Source: Chlamydiales bacterium
GTDB lineage: Bacteria; Chlamydiota; Chlamydiia; Chlamydiales; SM23-39
Assembly: GCA_028278035.1 (NCBI GenBank)
Contig: JANQFC010000058.1
Location: 5,092-69,091 of the forward strand
Length of the DNA stretch: 64,000 bases
Reading direction: 5' to 3'
Below are positions 8,060-17,166 of this stretch, piece by piece (position 1 is the stretch's first letter; each line of letters starts with the position of its first letter). The notes beneath the pieces are model-generated. The model saw nothing but the letters and a program-made list of their open reading frames with translations, made no database searches and was not told the origin of the DNA. The position numbers and the translations under genes were made by a program.

Positions 8060-9304
8060 TTAATTGCTATTTTTGGCTTTTTCAAATGCCCAATCAAAAG
8101 TTTTGTCAATTCCGGAAGAATAATCTTCCCAGGTGATAGGCATAATAAATTCTGGATAGAAATCATTTGCAATATTATCGGAAGTAATATGAAAATATTT
8201 TGAAGAGCATGTAAAAATATTCTTGGAATAAGGCAACTGATATTTCTTGATCTCTCCAAAATGGTTAAGTTTATTCGAGGTAGGTTCTCCAATTGTAGTC
8301 ACATTGGTAAGTTTTAAAAGATCTCTAATAACCCACATGCTTGCAGAAAATGTTTTTCTTCCGGTCAAAAGAAAAATACTTCCTCTGCTTTTTTTTATGT
8401 GTTTTTTTATTATTGGAAGAAAATATTTTGAAAATACTAAAGAACTTCCGCCTGAATTAAATCGAATGTCTAATATAATAGAAGAAATTGTTTTTTGTTT
8501 TAACATTTGAGATAATTCTAAAGCAAAATTTTTACAATCTTTTTGCGGGGTATTCTGGCACTTATTATATTGAAAATACAATATACGTTCTTCTGGAAAA
8601 ACATGACTCCAAAAATTTTTTTCAATATAACGATAACTCAAGGGTATTTTTTGTGTAAATTTATCAAAACATGAGACCATTTTTTCATTGTAGTTGTCAC
8701 CTCTGGAAATCATTATATAACTAATATTTTTTTCTTTTTGTAGTCCCAATTTAATTGTATTGGAGTTTTTAGTGATTTTCAAACCATCTAAAATATCTAC
8801 AACTTTTAAATATTTAGGAATAAAATTTTTGATACTATATTCATTTTCAGCAGGTATAAGTAGAGAAATTTTTTCAATAATAGCTTCAATTGGAATATCC
8901 TCAATAGAGACCAGTTTGGCGCCGATTTGAGTTTGATGTTTTTCTATAGCTTGCGTTATGAATATGCCTTCTTCAAACCAATAAAATTGAAAAGGCAAGC
9001 AATAGGATTGATTGGGATAAACAAAAAGTGAAGTATGAGCGTCTCCAAGTTGAGCAACAATCTGCATTAACTCAACTCTGATTTCCTTGTCATTTAAATT
9101 TGATAAGTTTTTTTTCAAATTTTTCAAATCTTGCTGAAAATCTTTTTTTGAGAATTTGAAAAAAGGCTGAGGGTGTGTTTTTATAAGTTTTTTTTCAAAA
9201 AAATCAATATCATTTTCCCATTTCAAGGTATGATCAGATAAAATTTCACTGCAAAAAAGATTGCAAGTAAAAATTATTAGAAAAAGGGTATATTTTATAT
9301 ACAT
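8060..9304 (-). CDS. Secreted S41-family serine peptidase
   Basis: 414 aa with an N-terminal signal-like segment (MYIKYTLFLIIFTCNLFCSE). S41-type motifs ILDIRFNSGGS (DLRxNxGG) and TGRKTFSASMW (TxSA catalytic Ser region). The N-terminal region with LGDAHTSLF is typical of these peptidases. Confidence 0.72.
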   Translation of the reverse strand: MYIKYTLFLIIFTCNLFCSEILSDHTLKWENDIDFFEKKLIKTHPQPFFKFSKKDFQQDLKNLKKNLSNLNDKEIRVELMQIVAQLGDAHTSLFVYPNQSYCLPFQFYWFEEGIFITQAIEKHQTQIGAKLVSIEDIPIEAIIEKISLLIPAENEYSIKNFIPKYLKVVDILDGLKITKNSNTIKLGLQKEKNISYIMISRGDNYNEKMVSCFDKFTQKIPLSYRYIEKNFWSHVFPEERILYFQYNKCQNTPQKDCKNFALELSQMLKQKTISSIILDIRFNSGGSSLVFSKYFLPIIKKHIKKSRGSIFLLTGRKTFSASMWVIRDLLKLTNVTTIGEPTSNKLNHFGEIKKYQLPYSKNIFTCSSKYFHITSDNIANDFYPEFIMPITWEDYSSGIDKTFDWAFEKAKNSN

Positions 9305-9412
9305 GGCTTACATATGTTAAAGTACAGATGAATATTATATCAAATTAAACTTCTGATAATTATTAAAAATAATATTGCCAAGGGTAGAATAAAGCTGGTT
9401 ATACAAGTTTTT

Positions 9413-10720
9413 TTAGTCCTGATTAAAATGAAATTCGATATCTTTTCTCAGTAAAAAGATGCCGATCAAATTAATCACAAGGAGCATAGCCCCTATTATT
9501 GAAACAAATATAAATGCCGTATTTGCATTTACAAAGGAAAAAGAAAACAGCGCTATTGTGCCGTAAATATAATATATTATTTTTCCGTATTTTTTTGAGA
9601 CAAAATTCATACATTTAAGCCCTATTAAAAAAACGGTTATCACAGTTAAAAATCCTAATAAAAACAAGAAAACGGGCATGAAGTACTGCATATAAGGAAA
9701 ATATGATCCCAAAGCTTCTTGGAGCATTAAAGTGGAGGCTGTAGAACTTTTCCATGCATTTGTTATTAAAACAACGAAAGAAGTAAGCGTACATAATATA
9801 AATGTTTTAAAAAAGACATTTAAAGTGCCTAAGGCTGCTTGTATATTGGGGTGTTCGACATTGGTCTCTGTATTAATTACTGAATTATAACCTGTTCCTA
9901 AATCTGCCGCATATGCTCCCCGAGACAGTCCGATCGATAGGGTAAGAAATATTGTGCTTCCTGCAAAACCGCCAGCTGCAGCCTGTTTGGAAAAAGCAGA
10001 TTTAATAATTAATAAAAATATAGAGGGAACAAGGCTTAAATTATTTAAGAGCAAATATAAGGCCATTAAAATGTAAGATATTAAAAAAATCGGAAGAAAA
10101 AAATGAATTACTCTGCTTAACCTTTTTATACCACCTAGAGTTACAAAAATCAAGAAGCTTAGCAAAACAGTGGACAATAATATTTTACTTATCTGCCAGT
10201 TAATTGAAATGCTTTCTGTAATAACATTGAAAAGATAAATTTCAACTCCATAAACCGCAATAAACAACGCTACTAAAATGCCTATCCAGTTATTTTTATA
10301 TGCCTTGGGCAGAAAATACATAGGTCCGCCGTCATATCCTTTTTTTGTAGGAGTTCTGTATTTCATACCTAAATATACTTCGCAGTACTGTACAATCATT
10401 CCTAAAAAACCAGCTATCCATATCCAGAAAACGGCTCCTGGGCCTCCCAGTTTAATAGCCGCACAAACTCCTATAATATTACCGATCCCAATACTACCGC
10501 CTATTGCAGTAAAAAGGGTTTTTAAAGGATGAAGGCCTTTTTGGTTATTATTGGATTTCATTGATGAAAAAAATAGTTGAAAGATTTTCGGAAAATTTCT
10601 TATTTGAAAGTATCTGGAAAAATGAGTGAAATAAAGCCCTAAAATTATCAGGACGGCAAAGACAATATATCTCCATAAGATATTATTAATATTAAAAAGT
10701 ATAGAAGATAGATCCGACAT
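9413..10720 (-). CDS. Alanine/glycine:cation symporter (AGCS) family transporter
   Basis: 435-aa polytopic protein. GIGNIIGVCAAIKLGGPGAVFWIWIAGFLGM matches the conserved AGCS core. Confidence 0.82.
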   Translation of the reverse strand: MSDLSSILFNINNILWRYIVFAVLIILGLYFTHFSRYFQIRNFPKIFQLFFSSMKSNNNQKGLHPLKTLFTAIGGSIGIGNIIGVCAAIKLGGPGAVFWIWIAGFLGMIVQYCEVYLGMKYRTPTKKGYDGGPMYFLPKAYKNNWIGILVALFIAVYGVEIYLFNVITESISINWQISKILLSTVLLSFLIFVTLGGIKRLSRVIHFFLPIFLISYILMALYLLLNNLSLVPSIFLLIIKSAFSKQAAAGGFAGSTIFLTLSIGLSRGAYAADLGTGYNSVINTETNVEHPNIQAALGTLNVFFKTFILCTLTSFVVLITNAWKSSTASTLMLQEALGSYFPYMQYFMPVFLFLLGFLTVITVFLIGLKCMNFVSKKYGKIIYYIYGTIALFSFSFVNANTAFIFVSIIGAMLLVINLIGIFLLRKDIEFHFNQD

Positions 10721-10907
10721 TGTTTATCCTTAAAGTCTTCTATTATCATGATTTAAAGAATTTTTATCTATTTTTTTATTTTTTAAAAAAATATTTTATT
10801 ATTCTTTAACTAACCTGAGTAAATTAAGAGTGATAATTTAAGTTTATCATCAGATTTGATATAATAATTTTGATGTAATTATTAATTTTTAAAAGATAAT
10901 AATAAAA

Positions 10908-11819
10908 ATGACATCTTTAGCTACTATGTACAGATCTTTGCCGGAATGTTCTTATAGTTATGACGATTATATGCATAGAGTCTTTTTGACTACTAATGAA
11001 AAAGGTTATGCTAAAGTCTTACAACAATTGGAGCATATTAAAATCAAAGGAAATACAATAATTGGAGTATCAGGTCTTTATACTTTGAATATAGCAGCTA
11101 AAAGATTGATGATGGATTATAACAATAAAATTAGAAATATCATAATTATTGACAGAAGTGATAAAACTAAGTTTTTTTGGGAAAATATTTCATCAATAAT
11201 AAAAGAATCACCGAATAAAGATATAGCTATGGAAAGAATTCTGGATAATTTCTGGGTTAACAAAAGAATATATTACACAGATGATGATCAGCAAAGCGAG
11301 AAGCAGGCCAGTAGTTGGATTATTTCTGTATTGTATGAAATACAAGAAGATACTAGTTTTTTATCGACAGAAGAGTCTTTTAATGCAATCAAAAAGATCT
11401 TTGACCAGGATGGTTTTCAGTTTTTAAGATTGGACTTTTCAGAAGAAGAGACTTTTCAGAAATTTGCTCAAACTTATAAACAATCAAAATTAGAAACCGA
11501 TACAATTTATTTATCAAATGTATTAGAATATTTGAATTTTTCTGAGCAGGATAAAGCACTTGCTTCATTGGTAAATTTAGTGTCTTACAGATCTTTGATC
11601 GTGGATACAAAGCCAAGAGAAAAAGAAAAACAAAAATTGTTTCAAAGAATGCGCAGATATAGACCTAATCCTTCTAGAAGAGTTAAGTCTTTATCCAGTA
11701 TTTTAAGAGGCGATAGGACAATACTTCATCATTCTTTTGGGCAAAACCTTTTGGAAGATAAAACTGCGAAAATATTATTTGAAATGAAATTTCAAATAAT
11801 TAATTGTCATAAAATTTAA
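10908..11819 (+). CDS. Hypothetical soluble protein, no recognisable family
   Basis: 303-aa ORF flanked by 187-bp and 175-bp very AT-rich spacers. No motif recognised. Confidence 0.55.
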   Translation: MTSLATMYRSLPECSYSYDDYMHRVFLTTNEKGYAKVLQQLEHIKIKGNTIIGVSGLYTLNIAAKRLMMDYNNKIRNIIIIDRSDKTKFFWENISSIIKESPNKDIAMERILDNFWVNKRIYYTDDDQQSEKQASSWIISVLYEIQEDTSFLSTEESFNAIKKIFDQDGFQFLRLDFSEEETFQKFAQTYKQSKLETDTIYLSNVLEYLNFSEQDKALASLVNLVSYRSLIVDTKPREKEKQKLFQRMRRYRPNPSRRVKSLSSILRGDRTILHHSFGQNLLEDKTAKILFEMKFQIINCHKI

Positions 11820-11994
11820 ATTTTTTGCATGTCAATCTTCAGTTTAAGTAATTGATAATAAATGACTTAATTAAACAAAAATTAAAATATTTACTTTATT
11901 AAAAAATATTTGAATTAAGAGTTGATTGATGTTATAATATATGTAATTAAAACTAAATTAATAATTAAATAATATATAACAAAGGTAAAATAAA

Positions 11995-13533
11995 ATGGCA
12001 ATTAATGTAGAAGATTTTAAGAATAAACAAGTTGCAGCTCATGAGGCTGGATCTGCCTTTCTTTCTCCTGAAATAAGAGATTTAACTGACGTTTCATTAA
12101 GTGCTGTTGAAAGAGCAGTATTTAATGCTTTTGAAAAAACGGAGCATGCAGTAGCTTTTTTGAACTTGGATCATTCTATTCGATATAAAAATCCTTACAT
12201 GAATATTTTGTTAGAAGACATTGAGTTACATTCAGCAATAAATTATTCTTTTATAATAACTCAGTTGGATTGGGAAAAATATGATGAAACACAAAAAGTC
12301 AATTCATTGGTTTGCAAACTTTCTAAATCTGAAGATTTTCCATATATTCAATTAGAAATAGCAAAAGAAGATCCAATAAGAAAAAAAATGCACGATATAA
12401 GAGCTGCTTCTGCTCCTATTGAAGACCATATAAAAAATGGTGATATGCCAAGTATTTTAGCTTGTCAAAGAGCAGTTATGGATATTGCTGAAGCATCTTT
12501 GTCCCCAGTACCTAAAAGCAAAAATTTTGAGATTAGTGAATTAATAAGTGCTGTAACTTCTCAAGTAAGGCATATTAATCCTGAAATTAATTTAAAAATC
12601 GATGTTCAGGAAGGGGTGTTAAATGAACTTAATGGCCCTTCTACAGAAATTAATCAAATACTTGTCAATTTACTAAGAAATGCATACGAACATGCTTTTG
12701 TAAGATCTGACAAGACTGATTCTACAATAACTTTAAGAATAGAGTTAGCAGACATTCAGCCTAAAGGTCAAATAGCGTTAAGATTTATGGTAGAAGACAA
12801 TGGAAACGGAATACCGTTAAATGCAAGAGATACTTTTATGCTCTCTGGAGTAAGCGGCGAGTCGGATTCTCCGAAAAGCGACAGAAATTATGGACTTGGT
12901 ATGTCTAGTGCTTTAACTGAAGCTAAAAAAATTGGGGCTGAATTATTATTAGTTAGAACTAAAACTATCGATGAAGTACCGGCTGATCAAACAGGAACTG
13001 TTTTTTCAGTAGATGTTGTATTAAATAAAAGAAAAACTCCCCCAACAGCAGTCCAGCAGCAAAAGTTTCAGCTGAAAAGTGATGATCATATATTATTTGT
13101 TGATGATAATTCTGTATTAACAAAAACTACTCCTCGTTTGTTGAATAAAATAGGATATAAAAATGTAGATATAGCAAAAAGTCCGCAAGAAGCTTTAGCT
13201 TTGATATTAGCAAAAAAATATTCTGCGGTTATTTTAGATAATAACTTTGATGAGGTAGGAGAGTGTAAAGCTTTAAAAAAGGGATTGGAAATTGCTAGAA
13301 TTATAAATATTGCATATCAGGGCTCAAATTATATTATTATTTCATCCTCCGCTACTCCAGCCGATGAAATAATGAAACAAGAGTGGGCTAAAGTTGGTTG
13401 TGATAAATTTTTAGACAAGCCTATAGGGCTTCATAAATTAAGAGTTGTTTTAGGAGAGCCTGTTGATGTTAATGTTTTTCATCCAATTACTCCTGAACAG
13501 CCTAGAAAGGCAGCTGCTGCTGCGGCTGAATAA
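11995..13533 (+). CDS. Soluble hybrid histidine kinase (HATPase_c + receiver domain), no TM sensor
   Basis: H-box-like KMHDIRAASAPI, N-box LVNLLRNAYEHA, G1 DNGNGIP and G2 YGLGMS. The C-terminal receiver has ILFVDDN, AVILDNN and KFLDKPIG. There are no hydrophobic segments. The protein ends in PRKAAAAAAE. Confidence 0.75.
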   Translation: MAINVEDFKNKQVAAHEAGSAFLSPEIRDLTDVSLSAVERAVFNAFEKTEHAVAFLNLDHSIRYKNPYMNILLEDIELHSAINYSFIITQLDWEKYDETQKVNSLVCKLSKSEDFPYIQLEIAKEDPIRKKMHDIRAASAPIEDHIKNGDMPSILACQRAVMDIAEASLSPVPKSKNFEISELISAVTSQVRHINPEINLKIDVQEGVLNELNGPSTEINQILVNLLRNAYEHAFVRSDKTDSTITLRIELADIQPKGQIALRFMVEDNGNGIPLNARDTFMLSGVSGESDSPKSDRNYGLGMSSALTEAKKIGAELLLVRTKTIDEVPADQTGTVFSVDVVLNKRKTPPTAVQQQKFQLKSDDHILFVDDNSVLTKTTPRLLNKIGYKNVDIAKSPQEALALILAKKYSAVILDNNFDEVGECKALKKGLEIARIINIAYQGSNYIIISSSATPADEIMKQEWAKVGCDKFLDKPIGLHKLRVVLGEPVDVNVFHPITPEQPRKAAAAAAE

Positions 13534-13977
13534 TTATAAATTGTTGAGTTTTAAAAATTGACCTTTAAAGTAGTAGTTACTTAAAAGATCTGACGTATTT
13601 TTTTGCATTATTGTATATGCTATATATAAAGCTTCTATAGATGCCAGGCCATACTTGGGGTCAGGGCACATTGTCTGTTTTCTTGGATATGCGGTTAGGT
13701 ATTTTTGAGGAATAGATCTGCATTCGATATTGTCCGGTACTGTTTTCAAAATTTTATTTAAGTATATCCATGTGGAATCAATTATAAATAATCCTTTATC
13801 ACTGTCTTTTTCTGTAAGCTCGGAAGCGTTCATTTTGAGCAAAATATAATTGGAAAGATCAGGTAAAAGATCTTTAGGATAGGTATAAAAATTTATACCT
13901 TCTTTTTTTTCTAAACCCTTAAGAGAGCATTTTTTGAGGTTTTCTTTTCTATGTCTTAAAATGATTGTGGGAAGCAT
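13534..13977 (-). CDS. DTW-superfamily, Tsr3-like aminocarboxypropyltransferase
   Basis: 147 aa. RHRKENLKKCS resembles the Tsr3 H.CDPKKC motif. IIDSTW is the DTW/DxSW motif. RSIP...YGLASIEALYIAYTIM and YYFKGQFLKLN resemble the Tsr3 C-terminal conserved blocks. Assigned from memory of the family alignment. Confidence 0.55.
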   Translation of the reverse strand: MLPTIILRHRKENLKKCSLKGLEKKEGINFYTYPKDLLPDLSNYILLKMNASELTEKDSDKGLFIIDSTWIYLNKILKTVPDNIECRSIPQKYLTAYPRKQTMCPDPKYGLASIEALYIAYTIMQKNTSDLLSNYYFKGQFLKLNNL

Positions 13978-14112
13978 ATTTTTTATATTTTTCGCTAATT
14001 TTAAAACTAAAGATCTTCAATTGCAAGATAAGTCTTTTTTAAATAAATTTTTTGATATGCAATTTATGATGTGCTTTCAAATTTGAAATTTGAGATTTTC
14101 CGCTTTTATTAA

Positions 14113-15108
14113 TTAAATTTTATTGGTTAATTCATTTGCACATGTTTTATTATTGGCAATATCATCAATATTTTTAAAGGTTGTAGAAGCTATTATTGCA
14201 AGGGCATTTTTCGTGAAAAATGCCTGGTGTGCTGTGATTAGTACATTTGGAAATGTAATAAGTCTTGCAAATACATCGTCGTAAATAATGTTTTCAGATA
14301 GATCTTTTGAAAATAAATTCTCTTCTTCTTCATATACATCTAATCCCAAATAACCTATTTTTCCGGACTTTATATTTTTTGTTAAGCAGTTAGCGTCTAT
14401 TAATGCGCCTCTTGCTGTATTGATCAGCATAACACCTTGTTTCATGAGTTTTAAGGTTTTTTCATTGATCATATGGTGATTATCTTTAGTTAAAGGACAA
14501 TGCAGCGTAATAATATCAGAATTTATATATATATTGTCTAGATCAGTATATTGAATGTTATTTTCTTTTGTATTTTTTTTTCGGGGATCATAGGCCAAGA
14601 CTTTTAAGCCTAGTCCCAAGAGTCTTTCGGCCATGACTAGGCCGATTTTTCCCATTCCAATAACACCGGCTGTTTTGCCGTGCATGTCAAAACCAACGAA
14701 ACCTTCTATTGAAAAGTTACCTTCTTTTACCCTGTTATAAGCTCTATGGATATGTCTGTTTAAGCTTAGCATTAAGCCTATTGCATGTTCTGCTACAGCA
14801 TAAGGGGAATAGCCAGGGACGTTTACAACCGGTATTTTTAATTCCTTGGCTTTTTTTAAATCAACGTTGTTTACGCCTGTACACCGCATGGCGATGAGTT
14901 TGACGTTATTGTTTTTTAATGTTTGAACAACCTCTTTGGATACATCATCATTTACAAAGCAGCAGACAGCATCATAGCCTTTTGTTATATTGGCATTATA
15001 TTCGTGAAGCCTTTCTTCAAAATATGTAAGCTCATATTTATATTTTTTATTAACTTCATTTAAGAATAATTTGTCATACTTTTGGGCAGAAAATACAGCT
15101 ATTTTCAT
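14113..15108 (-). CDS. ldhA: D-lactate dehydrogenase / D-isomer-specific 2-hydroxyacid dehydrogenase
   Basis: 331 aa. N-terminus MKIAVFSAQKYDK..F, NAD-binding GVIGMGKIG, and the LINTARG and HQAFFT motifs typical of the D-LDH family. Confidence 0.85.
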   Translation of the reverse strand: MKIAVFSAQKYDKLFLNEVNKKYKYELTYFEERLHEYNANITKGYDAVCCFVNDDVSKEVVQTLKNNNVKLIAMRCTGVNNVDLKKAKELKIPVVNVPGYSPYAVAEHAIGLMLSLNRHIHRAYNRVKEGNFSIEGFVGFDMHGKTAGVIGMGKIGLVMAERLLGLGLKVLAYDPRKKNTKENNIQYTDLDNIYINSDIITLHCPLTKDNHHMINEKTLKLMKQGVMLINTARGALIDANCLTKNIKSGKIGYLGLDVYEEEENLFSKDLSENIIYDDVFARLITFPNVLITAHQAFFTKNALAIIASTTFKNIDDIANNKTCANELTNKI

Positions 15109-15165
15109 AATAATCTCCTTATCTTTTAGATAATAGATAAGATTAGAAAAAGCAAATAAAAAAAA

Positions 15166-17148
15166 TTAAATAGACTTCCAGGCTACTACGTCCATCAGTT
15201 CTTTCGGAATCTCAAACAAGAACCGGGAAGGATTGGTTGGTCTTGCTTTTCCTTTGTTCTTGCGCTGTCTGGCCATGCTCAAGGTTAAATATTTTTTAGC
15301 TCTAGTAATAGCTACATACATAAGCCTTCTTTCCTCATCTAAGGAAGTTGTCAGCATGCTTTTTTCATGAGGAATTATGTGATCTTCCAGACCAATTAAA
15401 AAACAGGCCTCGAATTCTAGGCCTTTAGCGCTGTGAAAAGTCATAAGCTGAACAGCATCATTATTCAAACCGTTTTTTTTATGAAGGTTTTCTTTAGAAA
15501 GCATAGTAGTTGAGATAAAGTGATTTAAGCTAACTTCTTTTTTGTCTGTCTGTTCTTCATATATAGAAATCGCATTTATGCATTCCATTGCATTTTCTAA
15601 TTTTACTTGTCTTGCCTTTTCACTCTTGACTTCTTCTTCAATTGCTTTTTTATAGTTTATTTTATCCAAAAGCCATTTAAGTGATTTATATAAAGGCCTT
15701 TGCTTAAAGTGAATTTTTGAAGTGTTTATTATTTCAACAAGCTGTTTTATGCCGTAGATAGTTTTTGATTTGATATTTTCTTGCGATAAGTCAATTTTAT
15801 CAAAAGCTATTTTTTCTAAAATCTGCCAAATAGTGGATTTGTTTTTTTTAGCTAAATTAGTAACAATTTCTAAGGTCTTGTCTGATATTCCTCTTCTCGG
15901 GACATTTATTATTCTTAATAGTGCTTCCTGATCTTTTGGGTTGCAGATGATTTTTAAATAAGCCAGGATATCTTTTATCTCACTTCTCTGGTTGAATTCA
16001 AGACCGCCTGAAATATCATAAGGCACTCCTCTTTTCCAGCTATTGTGGTTTTTCCACATGGCGCTCATTAGGCTCATTTCGAAATTTCGAGATAATGCAT
16101 TTGATCTATAAAGAATAGCTATATCTTTCCATCTAAGATTTTTTTCTGTTTTTATTTTTATGATTCTGTTGACTACCGACTGCGCTTCTTCAACTTCTGA
16201 AGGGGCATGAAATAATTTGATGTTTTCATTGATGTCCATATCGGAAAACAAGGTCTTGTTATGCCTCATTTTATTATTTTTGATAATATTATTGGCTGCA
16301 TGCAGAATTGTTTTTGTAGATCTGTAGTTTTTCTCCAGCTTAATAATATGATCAGCTTTGAAACTTAATATATTTTGTATGTTAGAGCCCCTCCAGCCAT
16401 AGATGGACTGGTCATCGTCTCCTACAACAAATAAATTATTATGCTTCAAAGCAAGAAGGTTAGCTATTGAGTCCTGTACGGGATTAGTATCTTGATATTC
16501 GTCTATTAGGATGTATTTGAACTGGTCTTGGTATTTAGAAAGAATATCAATATTTTGTTCGAATAGTTTTTTTGTAAGGGTCAATAAAGAATCAAAGTCT
16601 ACTGCATTGTAAGCTTTTAAAGAGCTGTGCAGTCTTATATATAATTCTTTTAAGAATTTATCTTTGTCCTTATCTCCTAAAGAGGGAATTTCATCTATGG
16701 GAGTATCATTGTTTTTAGCAGAGCTTATAGCCTCTACAAAAGAAGTTAAGGGAGGTAGGTTTTTTTCTTCTTTTAAAATGTTTTTCGACAGTTCTTTAAT
16801 AAGTCTTTGCATGTCCGTTTCATCATAAATAGAAAAATTAGATGAGTATCCTACTGTTTTAGCCTCTTTTCTAAGGACATACATGCAAAAGCTGTGAAAG
16901 GTAGTAAGCTTTACTTTCTTGGCTTTTGAGCCAATTAAAGATTGAAGCCTTTCTTTCATTTCTTTTGCTGCTTTATTAGTAAACGTAAGACCTAGTATAT
17001 TTTCAGGGGCAATTTTATGTTTTTGTATTAGGTTTGCGATTCTAAAAGTAATTACCTTGGTCTTGCCGCTGCCAGCTCCGGCCAACACTAAAGATTTGCC
17101 ATTTTTTATTGATACTGCTTTTTTTTGTTCGGAATTTAAAGTCTGCAT
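15166..17148 (-). CDS. uvrD: UvrD/PcrA/Rep-family ATP-dependent DNA helicase
   Basis: Walker A AGAGSGKT, DEYQDTN, VGDDDQSIYGWRG, and the C-terminal FHSAKGLEF and YVAITRAK motifs. Confidence 0.9.
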   Translation of the reverse strand: MQTLNSEQKKAVSIKNGKSLVLAGAGSGKTKVITFRIANLIQKHKIAPENILGLTFTNKAAKEMKERLQSLIGSKAKKVKLTTFHSFCMYVLRKEAKTVGYSSNFSIYDETDMQRLIKELSKNILKEEKNLPPLTSFVEAISSAKNNDTPIDEIPSLGDKDKDKFLKELYIRLHSSLKAYNAVDFDSLLTLTKKLFEQNIDILSKYQDQFKYILIDEYQDTNPVQDSIANLLALKHNNLFVVGDDDQSIYGWRGSNIQNILSFKADHIIKLEKNYRSTKTILHAANNIIKNNKMRHNKTLFSDMDINENIKLFHAPSEVEEAQSVVNRIIKIKTEKNLRWKDIAILYRSNALSRNFEMSLMSAMWKNHNSWKRGVPYDISGGLEFNQRSEIKDILAYLKIICNPKDQEALLRIINVPRRGISDKTLEIVTNLAKKNKSTIWQILEKIAFDKIDLSQENIKSKTIYGIKQLVEIINTSKIHFKQRPLYKSLKWLLDKINYKKAIEEEVKSEKARQVKLENAMECINAISIYEEQTDKKEVSLNHFISTTMLSKENLHKKNGLNNDAVQLMTFHSAKGLEFEACFLIGLEDHIIPHEKSMLTTSLDEERRLMYVAITRAKKYLTLSMARQRKNKGKARPTNPSRFLFEIPKELMDVVAWKSI

Positions 17149-17166
17149 ATTTTTTTATTATAATTA

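Noticed and set aside
13501-13533. Reading the poly-Ala C-terminus (AAAAAAE) of the hybrid kinase as an ssrA-like degradation tag or a frameshift artefact.
   Set aside because: It is encoded in frame by mixed GCN codons directly before a TAA stop, and it does not match an ssrA tag ending (..LAA). I treat it as a genuine tail of unknown meaning.
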